Below, piece after piece: positions 27,959 to 36,209 of a stretch of DNA of 47,878 bases. Source of the stretch: an uncultured Anaerolineaceae bacterium (GTDB taxonomy: Bacteria; Chloroflexota; Anaerolineae; Anaerolineales; Anaerolineaceae); NCBI GenBank assembly GCA_964546745.1, contig CAZJLN010000001.1:1-47878 (forward strand). The letters are read 5' to 3'. Within the stretch, counting starts at the first letter, position 1. Each line of letters starts with the position of its first letter. Position numbers and translations under genes: made by a program. Below the pieces are notes generated by a model. That model made no database searches and was not told the origin of the DNA. It saw nothing but the letters and a program-made list of their open reading frames with translations.

Positions 27959-29018
27959 TTATCACTGATCCTTTCAGGTATTCAGTTATTTGTTGTTCCA
28001 TGATGATACCAATATCGGAATTTGACAGATAGGCTTTGTACCATTCTACAGTTTTTTCAATGGCTGTTTTAATATCCCATAAGGGCATCCAGCCGATAGT
28101 ATTTACTATTTTGGAGTTATCTAATTTGAGAAATGCTGCCTCATGAGGGGCGTCACTCTCTTGTTGTTGTGTGTAACCTAAGCCTTCCCCCCATGCGTTA
28201 CAGAAAAGCTTAACTAATTCTAATGTCGTAACACAATCCTGATCAAAAGGCCCAATATTATATTCCCCTTCAAGATAGTTCTTTTGTGTTTGCATCTGAA
28301 GAATTGAAAGGTAAGCGGTGAGGGATTCTAAGACATGTTGATAGGGTCTGATGGAGCTTGGGTTTCTAATAACGATATCCCGCCGGTCCTTTGCCGCCAC
28401 AAAACAATCAGGGATGATCCTATGAGGTGCAAAGTCTCCTCCTCCAATGACGTTTCCAGCTCTTGCAGTAGACACTAGCACATTTTGCCTTGAAAAATAA
28501 GACCGTTTATAACACCTGGTCACTAACTCTGAACATGATTTGCTATTTGAATATGGATCAAAACCGTCTAGCGTATCTTTTTCTTGATATCTTGTGGCTA
28601 TTCCGTCATTCATGTAAACCTTATCTGTTGTCACATTTATTGCTGAACGCACACTGGACGAAAGACGGATACACTCTAAGAGATTAACTGTTCCTAACAC
28701 ATTTGTTTCGTAAGTATAAACGGGCATTCGATAGCCATCTCTCACGATAGGTTGGGCAGCTAAGTGAATGACAAATTCGGGTTTGGCTTCCAGAAAGACA
28801 TTAGTAAGGGTGTTTTTATCTCTAATATCTCCAATAAATGAATTTACAAACCTGCCGATCTTTGCTACTTTGTAAAGTGATGGATTGGTTGGCGGTTCAA
28901 GAGCATATCCCGTTATTTCCGCGCCCAGCATGTGGAGAAGCATACATAACCATGACCCCTTGAAACCTGTATGCCCAGTTAAAAAGATCTTCTTTCCCTT
29001 AAAAAAAGTGGTTATCAA
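27951..29018 (-). CDS. rfbG: CDP-glucose 4,6-dehydratase
   Basis: 355 aa. GKKIFLTGHTGFKGSWL, HLAAQPIVR and YSNSK are canonical DdhB/RfbG motifs. Confidence 0.92.
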   Translation of the reverse strand: MITTFFKGKKIFLTGHTGFKGSWLCMLLHMLGAEITGYALEPPTNPSLYKVAKIGRFVNSFIGDIRDKNTLTNVFLEAKPEFVIHLAAQPIVRDGYRMPVYTYETNVLGTVNLLECIRLSSSVRSAINVTTDKVYMNDGIATRYQEKDTLDGFDPYSNSKSCSELVTRCYKRSYFSRQNVLVSTARAGNVIGGGDFAPHRIIPDCFVAAKDRRDIVIRNPSSIRPYQHVLESLTAYLSILQMQTQKNYLEGEYNIGPFDQDCVTTLELVKLFCNAWGEGLGYTQQQESDAPHEAAFLKLDNSKIVNTIGWMPLWDIKTAIEKTVEWYKAYLSNSDIGIIMEQQITEYLKGSVINV

Positions 29019-29029
29019 ATAATATTCTC

Positions 29030-29815
29030 CTACTTATCTTCCCATCTCATCCAGGGTGCATTATGGTTGTTAATTAAACCCTCGAGATAAAATTTATCTC
29101 TAAGGGTATCCATACATTGCCAAAAGCCATTATATCGGTAAGCCATTAACTCACCCTCAAATGCCAGTCTTTCAAGAGGTTCTTGTTCTAGTATCGATTC
29201 GTCACCCGATATGTAGTCAAAAATTTTTGAATTTAGAACCATAAAACCTGCATTTATCCAGCCCCCATCTTCCTTTCGTTTTTCTGCAAACCGCTTGATC
29301 TCACCAGTTTCATGCATATCAAGAGCTCCAAACCGTCCGCCTGGTTGTACGGCTGTAATAGTTCCAATTTTTTTGTGATTATTGTGAAAAGCAACAAGCA
29401 TCTTTAGGTTGATATCACTTAAACCATCTCCATAGGTTAAAAAGAAGGATTCATCACCAATATATTTTTGAACTCTTTTTACTCTCCCCCCTGTCATAGT
29501 ATTTAACCCAGTATCTACGACAGTGACTCTCCAAGGTTCCGACACATTATTTAAGATAGTGACCTTGTTACCGTTAGAAAAATCATAAGTGACATCTGAA
29601 TTCCTCATATAGTAATTAGCAAAATATTCCTTGATGACACTTCCTTTATATCCACAGCAAATATAGAAATCATTAAATCCATAAAACGAGTAGGATTTCA
29701 TAATATGCCACAGGATAGGCGTATCAACCAATTCAATCATTGGCTTTGGAATTAAATGACTTTCCTCCGATATTCTTGTGCCAAACCCTCCTGCAAGGAT
29801 TACAACTTTCATCAT
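29030..29815 (-). CDS. rfbF: Glucose-1-phosphate cytidylyltransferase
   Basis: 261 aa. MMKVVILAGGFGTRISEE..PKPMIEL..PILWHIMKSYSFYGFNDFYICCGYKGSVIKEYFANYYM is canonical DdhA/RfbF. Confidence 0.93.
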   Translation of the reverse strand: MMKVVILAGGFGTRISEESHLIPKPMIELVDTPILWHIMKSYSFYGFNDFYICCGYKGSVIKEYFANYYMRNSDVTYDFSNGNKVTILNNVSEPWRVTVVDTGLNTMTGGRVKRVQKYIGDESFFLTYGDGLSDINLKMLVAFHNNHKKIGTITAVQPGGRFGALDMHETGEIKRFAEKRKEDGGWINAGFMVLNSKIFDYISGDESILEQEPLERLAFEGELMAYRYNGFWQCMDTLRDKFYLEGLINNHNAPWMRWEDK

Positions 29816-29940
29816 TTCACCTTTTGTCCGATTTTTCGATCATGTTTTAGCAAACGAGACCCCATAAGTAAATAATACTTACCGGATTGAGGTCATTAAT
29901 TACAATTCTTTTCATTTAACTATTTATCATTCACTTGTGG

Positions 29941-31062
29941 TCAGTAAGCCCTTTTTTGTAACAAAACAGTATCTTGATAATTATCTATACCCAATGCCAT
30001 GATTTCAATAATTTCAAAATATCTTCGCCACTCTCTTTTTATGTAAGCATGAGAATGATAGGCATTTTGATAAAAATCCGGCAAGGATATGCTTTTCCCG
30101 TAATTAAAACCAGGTTCACAATAAAAGAAACCTTTCTCATTCATTATCTTAACAATCTCATCATCCATATTCTTATAATGTTTTTCTCCATGAGTTGTTA
30201 ATATTACATATCCGTTTTTTTTGGTGATACGGTTCAATTCGCCCAACCATTGAAATTGCATATCTTCTGGTAGATGCGTTAATACGCTAATCCCAAATAT
30301 TAGATCAAACTTTTCATCTGAGTATTGAGTAGGTGGATTCGGAGGAGCCACTGTGAATTTGGCAAACTTCGAGTAATTATTGTTTAACCATTCAATCGCT
30401 TCTCCATCGATATCGGTTCCATGAAGCTCAGTTACTTGAAGAAGAGTCGCTAATGCCCTTATAGCACGACCACACCCACAACCAAAATCTAATATGGATT
30501 TAAAGTCACGTAATTCCTTGCCAACCGGCCGTAATACATTATTTAACGCCGGGTATACACTAGTATATCCACTCTCAATAAAGTCCCGTGAGTATCCACC
30601 AACTACTCTAACTTGTAAATGTTTAGGAGGTGCGGGTGGAATATTTATCTCCCTATGTAATATGGATTGTAATTGGATTAATGATGTTTCAATATCCTTT
30701 AGTTGATTTCTTATTTGTTTTGAGGAAAAATCAAAAATTTCGTCAGTTGAAGATGAAAAACTCTCTTTTGTGTTTCCAGACTCAAGATAATGGATAAGAG
30801 GATTTATACCTGTCTTTTTTACCTCCTCGTGAATCTCTAGATATCGTCTGGTACTGAAATTGGGTCCTGGATCCCGACCCTCAAAACCTCCATAAAGTAA
30901 AAAGTGACTTAAAGGATTTATTTTTGACTGAGCTACATCACTATATTTTTTCAAATACCAACTTTCATCGAAAAAACCAGATTTTTTTATTAGGCTTTTA
31001 TTTTTCAATGCACCGATTCGAGACTTAATCTTGATATTCCAATCCCTAAAATGGTTATTCAT
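29941..31062 (-). CDS. Class I SAM-dependent methyltransferase with an N-terminal tandem WYL..Y.DVA..NPL.HYL..G repeat module
   Basis: 373 aa. SAM motif I is ILDFGCGCGRAI, with post-I DIDGEA and motif II DLIFGISVLTHL. The N-terminal module is at aa 31-96. Confidence 0.8.
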   Translation of the reverse strand: MNNHFRDWNIKIKSRIGALKNKSLIKKSGFFDESWYLKKYSDVAQSKINPLSHFLLYGGFEGRDPGPNFSTRRYLEIHEEVKKTGINPLIHYLESGNTKESFSSSTDEIFDFSSKQIRNQLKDIETSLIQLQSILHREINIPPAPPKHLQVRVVGGYSRDFIESGYTSVYPALNNVLRPVGKELRDFKSILDFGCGCGRAIRALATLLQVTELHGTDIDGEAIEWLNNNYSKFAKFTVAPPNPPTQYSDEKFDLIFGISVLTHLPEDMQFQWLGELNRITKKNGYVILTTHGEKHYKNMDDEIVKIMNEKGFFYCEPGFNYGKSISLPDFYQNAYHSHAYIKREWRRYFEIIEIMALGIDNYQDTVLLQKRAY

Positions 31063-31229
31063 TTATCTTTTGACTCCTAAAACTTTGTTAGATACTCTTT
31101 ATTCATTAAGTGTTGATTTGATATAAATTAAACCCAAATACGACATCCTCAAATTATAATACAGGTAATAATTAGAGGAAGACATCCAAAATTACTAGAT
31201 TTATAATTGATTTAGATCTTATTGAACAA

Positions 31230-32273
31230 CTATCTAATTTCTTCCATAAGCCAGATTAGTGCATCGTCAAATCTTTTTGCCCACTCGTCACGGCTACTTA
31301 CCGCGCCTTCAAAAATTTCAAATTTAAGATTAGCACCTGGAACACCTTGAGATAATAAAGTGTTATATAAATAGTCCGCCCCTTCAAGATAAGCTTGTGG
31401 ATAGGTGATACGTTCTCCATCTTTATCTAATACATTTGGCGGCGGTCCGCTAGATTCCTCTGTACCGATATCCATATATATTCGCACATTAGTAGGTACT
31501 TCGATTTTTTTGATGTAATCGATAAGTTGATTATTTGACAACCACGGACCTCCACTTTCTGCAAGCCAAACTGACGGTGACATCACCATCACTTTAGAGA
31601 AAATATCTGGTCGGTTAAGCCCAGCATACAAGGGAATCAATGCAGTCCTACAAGCCCCACCTATGATTGTATGGATCCTGTCGGGAAGAGTTCTATAACG
31701 AGAATCGATATCGAGTTTTAAAGTGTTTATGATGAAATCTAAATAAGCGTCCCCGTCACCTCCCTCAGTTGGTTTGGAGTTGTTTGTTTTCACCCAACGA
31801 TGCATATCATTATTTACCCATGGAATATACTCACCCCAAAGGTTTTCTGGATCAAACTCAATACCGACTACAATAATCCCTTGTAGCAACTCTTCCTCAA
31901 AAAGCCGATCTAATGTTTCATCAATTAGCCAATCCCCCACCCTTTCTGGAGGAGGATTGAATAATGAATCACCATCATGTAGGTAAATCACAGGATATCG
32001 AATTTCATTTGCATCATATTTGGGTGGTAAATAGACTTGAATGTTTCTCTGACGATTTCCGAGTTGAGGTGCTATGATTTTGAGGGTTTCAACTCGACTA
32101 TCTAACATTGGATTTAAGGGGGTATCATGAGATTCGGTCGTATTTGCAGTAGAGGTTGCCTGATTTGGGAAATCAGTTTTTTCTCGTTTAGAGTATTTAC
32201 AACCCGCAATAGTAAATAAGATAATTGTTATTAGTAGAAGTATTTTCCAGGTCTTTGAATCAATTTTTTGCAT
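31230..32273 (-). CDS. Esterase-D/'putative esterase' family (alpha/beta-fold) lipoprotein with an atypical nucleophile elbow
   Basis: 347 aa. Signal peptide with lipobox (TIAGC). YPVIYLHDGDSLF and PDIFSKVMVMSPSVW fit the PF00756-like fold. The elbow reads IIGGACRTAL, with no GxSxG. Confidence 0.6.
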   Translation of the reverse strand: MQKIDSKTWKILLLITIILFTIAGCKYSKREKTDFPNQATSTANTTESHDTPLNPMLDSRVETLKIIAPQLGNRQRNIQVYLPPKYDANEIRYPVIYLHDGDSLFNPPPERVGDWLIDETLDRLFEEELLQGIIVVGIEFDPENLWGEYIPWVNNDMHRWVKTNNSKPTEGGDGDAYLDFIINTLKLDIDSRYRTLPDRIHTIIGGACRTALIPLYAGLNRPDIFSKVMVMSPSVWLAESGGPWLSNNQLIDYIKKIEVPTNVRIYMDIGTEESSGPPPNVLDKDGERITYPQAYLEGADYLYNTLLSQGVPGANLKFEIFEGAVSSRDEWAKRFDDALIWLMEEIR

Positions 32274-32631
32274 TTTTTGTTAATTTTTGCGTTGATGTGA
32301 TCTTTTAACTTCACATTTATAAACTCAGTCAATTTCTCTTTCAATTATGTAAGACTCACTTAAAAGCATTCATCTTAAAAAAGATTGTACTATATTTCAC
32401 TTTTAGTAATAATTTAAGATTATATATACCCATCGAAGCCATGAAAACTTGATAAAGGTAATGTAAATAGTGCCGCTTATCTATATTTTGATCTCTGCCT
32501 GATCCTAAAGCAGGGAAATGATTTTTTATTGAATTGCTTATGAGTACCAAATTTTTATCATTCTATTGGTAAGATATAATACAAAGTAATTTGGTAGGAT
32601 TTTGTGATGAAAGAAATCAACAGGTATTGTA

Positions 32632-35600
32632 ATGAAAATTAACTCAGTTGCTTTTTTTACCCACTATACGCATACCTCTGCAATTGAAATATATCGAGTC
32701 TTTTCCCCATTGAAAGAGGCAGGCTTTAATATAATATCTGGCATCAAGGATGGTCAAGTCAACTTTGAGGCAATTGATCAAGCAGAATTAATCCTTTGTC
32801 AACGGGATTTTGGTCAAGACCTAACTAGATATGAAAAGCTTGTCAAGTATGCGCGAACACAGAGAAAACCAATTGTTTTTGATATAGACGATTTATTAAT
32901 TGAAATTCCAGAAATCCACCCCGATCGTCTAAATCTGACTTTCAATCATGCTGTTTTACCCATGATTCGTTCAATTAGTGAAGCTGACTTAGTTACAGTT
33001 TCTACTAAAAAATTAAAAGAAACCCTGACTTCTTTTAATCCAAACATTGTTGTTTTACCAAACTACTTAGATACTTCTATTTGGCAACTAAGGGAGCCAA
33101 GACTAAATAATATTGAAGATTCTCCCATAACCATAGGGTACATGGGGGGAGGAAGCCATACTTCGGATTTGGAATATATTCAGCCAGTTATTTCTGATCT
33201 ACTCACTAGATATGAAAACAAAATAAAATTTGTTGTTTGGGGTTTACAGCCTCCTAAGGAACTATTACGCTTTGCTCAAACAAAATGGATCAGGATATCC
33301 ACCTACTCCTATGAAGATTTTGTTAATTTCTTTCAACGCCAACAGGCTGACATATTTATTGCACCGCTTGTAGATAATTTATTTAACAGATGCAAAAGTG
33401 AGATTAAGTTCTTGGAATATTCTGCCTTGGGATCTCCAACTCTTGCTAGTAACTTGGAACCTTATAACAGTATCATCAAGAATGGACAAAACGGTTTTCT
33501 TGCAAGCAATTACGAGGAATGGACAGAATACCTGATTCAGCTTATAGAAAATCATGATCTTAGGTATAAAATTGCTTTGAGTGCTCTGGAAACGGTCAAA
33601 AATGACTGGTTAATATCAAATAATTCTGATAGATGGAAATCCTCATACCAAAATATCAAAAGTGAGGGCTTAAATATCGAAACACATGTTATTCTAAAGA
33701 AGCCATTATTTAATTCAATAACTCAGCAAATCTTTGATCTGGACCAATATCAAAAAAAAGAAATCCGTAATCTCCACGAAAAACTTAAAGACAAGGATCA
33801 AACTATTCGTACCAAGGATCATATGATTCAAGATAAGGACTTGGTCATACAAAAATTAAATTTTCAATTAGCAAGCCGTGCAGTAATTTTGGGACAAAAA
33901 ATGCAAAAATTCTACAACCGTCTTGCTCCTGAAGGAAGTTCAAGAGATAAAGCCGTAAGCCACACAATTAGATTCTTTAAAAAGATAAATAAATCTGTTT
34001 TCAAACAAGACAATCTCTCTAATGATGTAAACCTGATAAAAGCCTCACCTTATTTTGATGAGGATTGGTACTTATCGACATATCAGGATGTCGCAAAATT
34101 AAAAATGGATCCCGCAATGCATTATTTGAAATATGGTGGCTTTGAAGCTAGAGATCCTGGGCCAAATTTTAATAGTGCTTTTTATTTAACGGCCTATGAT
34201 GATGCAAAAAGAGCAAATATGAACCCTCTTTTACATTACATTCGTTTTGGCGAAAAAGAAGGTCGGAAAACCAGCTCTAATCAACAAGTAGATCAAGCCC
34301 CAATAAAAACCCAAGAAAGTCGTCAGATTCCTCAGAATTCCAAAAAAGTTGAGATAAAAATGGAAGAAAAAAAGAACATTGCCTACTATAGTAAAAGATC
34401 TCTTAAGATTCTCAGGGATGACGGTTTGGGTGGGTTGCTAAGTCGTGGAAAGCAAAAGGTTATGAAACAAATCACCTATGAAAGCCCGTTAGATTCAAAT
34501 TATGATCCAAACATGTTTGATGCCAGTGTTATTATTCCAGTTTATAACGCCTCTGATTTTACCAAGTCTTGTATTGAGAAATTATATGCATCGCCAAATC
34601 TTGCAAAATTTGAAGTTATTGTAGTAGACAATGGTTCAAAAGACGAAACAAAAAAAATATTAGCTGAGGAACAGAAAAGGCGTGAGAACTTTTCATATTA
34701 TCGTATGGCTGAGAATTATGGATTCTCTGGTGGGGTGAATTATGGTTTTTCCAAGGCGAAAGGGAAACATTTCATTATCCTAAATAACGATACACTCGTT
34801 ACACCCGGTTGGATTGATCGCCTAATTGAAGCATTTAATTATGATGAATTAATTGGTATTGTTAGTCCGGTCACTAATTATGTGGGAGAGGGAAATCAAG
34901 TAGATCGGGACGCAAAAGATATGACTCCAACAGAAATTGATGCATATGCCGAGTCAATAGTCGACAGAGGTGTAATATTCGAATCTCATCGCTTGGTTTT
35001 CTTCTGTGTTGCCCTAAAGCGAGAAGTAGTCGACCACTTGGGTATTATGGATACGGGGTATGTAAAGGGCAACTTTGAGGATGATGATTATTGTCTTCGA
35101 GCAATCCTTGCAGGGTTTAAATTAGCCATTGCTCAGAATTCTTTTGTTTATCATTTTGGTTCAATGACGTTTAAGAAGAATCGCATCATTCACGATGATT
35201 ACATGGATAAAAATCGGATGCGCTTTTACCCTAAAGTACAAGGCTTATCGCTCACACTCAAACCAGCAAAGCAATTATCAAACCAAGTCGATATAAGTGT
35301 AGTGCTTCGCACTTTAAATCGTCAAGCGCTTCTGAAAAGGGCATTAACCAGTCTCTCCAACCAAACTTATAAAGACTTTGAGGTTGTATTAGTAAATGAT
35401 GGTGGGGAGGATGTTTCCGAATTAGTAACTTTCTTTTCAAAATACTTTTCAATTAAGTATGTTCATAATAAAACTTCTCAAGGGAGAACCCCCGCCCTGA
35501 ATATTGGCGTAGCAGAAAGCAATGGATCTTGGGTTACCTTTCTTGACGATGATGATATTATCTACCCATGGCATCTTGATATGATGCACAAAAATGTGGA

Positions 35601-36138
35601 ATCTGAAATAGGGCATCGCTTACTATATACCAATTTTAATCGCAGCATCTTCAGGACAATAAAGGATGATTATGCATTTCTAACCCAAAGTATCGACCCA
35701 TGGTTTTATGACAAAAATGAGCTTTTAATCCGTAATCGTATGCCCATTCACACATGGTTGGTTCACCGATCTGCGTTCAATGAAGTTGGCTGGTTTGATG
35801 AATCAATGTCAATGTTGGAGGATTTTGAATTTTTAATTAGATTGAATAAGATCACAGATTTTTATCATATTAACCGGGTATCCTGTGAGTATAGATACTA
35901 TTTGGATGGGATTAATTCCATGATTAATCAAAGATCTAAAACACTGGAAGCTTTGGAATCCATTTATGCTAAACATCCCGTAAAAGACCTCGATATTGAA
36001 GAAAATCGAATGCTGGAATTAGGTGCTCTTAAACGTCAAATTAACACAATTGAAGAGATAGAAAAAGAATTATCCCAAGATCCACAACATGCAGAGGTGT
36101 ATCAAAGAAAAATGTTGAGCCAAATTTTGGGGATATAA
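32632..36138 (+). CDS. Multidomain glycosyltransferase: N-terminal GT-B (GT1/GT4-like), coiled coil, tandem WYL..HYL module, then two GT2 domains
   Basis: 1168 aa. Aa 1-340 are GT-B-like (KSEIKFLEYSALGSPTLAS). Aa ~370-410 are heptad-rich. The repeat module is at aa 475-540. The first GT2 has VIIPVYNA, VVDNGSKDET and ILNNDTLV. The second GT2 has ISVVLRTLNR, VLVNDGGED and FLDDDDIIY. Confidence 0.85.
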   Translation: MKINSVAFFTHYTHTSAIEIYRVFSPLKEAGFNIISGIKDGQVNFEAIDQAELILCQRDFGQDLTRYEKLVKYARTQRKPIVFDIDDLLIEIPEIHPDRLNLTFNHAVLPMIRSISEADLVTVSTKKLKETLTSFNPNIVVLPNYLDTSIWQLREPRLNNIEDSPITIGYMGGGSHTSDLEYIQPVISDLLTRYENKIKFVVWGLQPPKELLRFAQTKWIRISTYSYEDFVNFFQRQQADIFIAPLVDNLFNRCKSEIKFLEYSALGSPTLASNLEPYNSIIKNGQNGFLASNYEEWTEYLIQLIENHDLRYKIALSALETVKNDWLISNNSDRWKSSYQNIKSEGLNIETHVILKKPLFNSITQQIFDLDQYQKKEIRNLHEKLKDKDQTIRTKDHMIQDKDLVIQKLNFQLASRAVILGQKMQKFYNRLAPEGSSRDKAVSHTIRFFKKINKSVFKQDNLSNDVNLIKASPYFDEDWYLSTYQDVAKLKMDPAMHYLKYGGFEARDPGPNFNSAFYLTAYDDAKRANMNPLLHYIRFGEKEGRKTSSNQQVDQAPIKTQESRQIPQNSKKVEIKMEEKKNIAYYSKRSLKILRDDGLGGLLSRGKQKVMKQITYESPLDSNYDPNMFDASVIIPVYNASDFTKSCIEKLYASPNLAKFEVIVVDNGSKDETKKILAEEQKRRENFSYYRMAENYGFSGGVNYGFSKAKGKHFIILNNDTLVTPGWIDRLIEAFNYDELIGIVSPVTNYVGEGNQVDRDAKDMTPTEIDAYAESIVDRGVIFESHRLVFFCVALKREVVDHLGIMDTGYVKGNFEDDDYCLRAILAGFKLAIAQNSFVYHFGSMTFKKNRIIHDDYMDKNRMRFYPKVQGLSLTLKPAKQLSNQVDISVVLRTLNRQALLKRALTSLSNQTYKDFEVVLVNDGGEDVSELVTFFSKYFSIKYVHNKTSQGRTPALNIGVAESNGSWVTFLDDDDIIYPWHLDMMHKNVESEIGHRLLYTNFNRSIFRTIKDDYAFLTQSIDPWFYDKNELLIRNRMPIHTWLVHRSAFNEVGWFDESMSMLEDFEFLIRLNKITDFYHINRVSCEYRYYLDGINSMINQRSKTLEALESIYAKHPVKDLDIEENRMLELGALKRQINTIEEIEKELSQDPQHAEVYQRKMLSQILGI
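33793..33855 (+). repeat. Three imperfect 21-bp tandem repeats inside the GT gene encoding KDQTIRT-KDHMIQD-KDLVIQK
   Basis: aaggatcaaactattcgtacc / aaggatcatatgattcaagat / aaggacttggtcatacaaaaa, read directly. They form the heptad units of the coiled-coil segment. Confidence 0.6.
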
Positions 36139-36209
36139 TAGCCCGATCTTATAAATAATAATATGCAAATCGAAATATTGATAATCTAGATTGTTAAAGA
36201 TATTTACAC

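Noticed and set aside
32356-32550. 64-aa ORF in the esterase/giant-GT divergent intergenic region.
   Set aside because: The region is AT-rich, the translation is low-complexity, there is no RBS, and it lies where divergent promoters are expected.
36139-36209. Possible terminator between the convergent giant GT and 683-aa membrane protein genes.
   Set aside because: Only short AT-only self-complementarity is present (AATAT..ATATT). There is no convincing GC-containing stem or U-tract.
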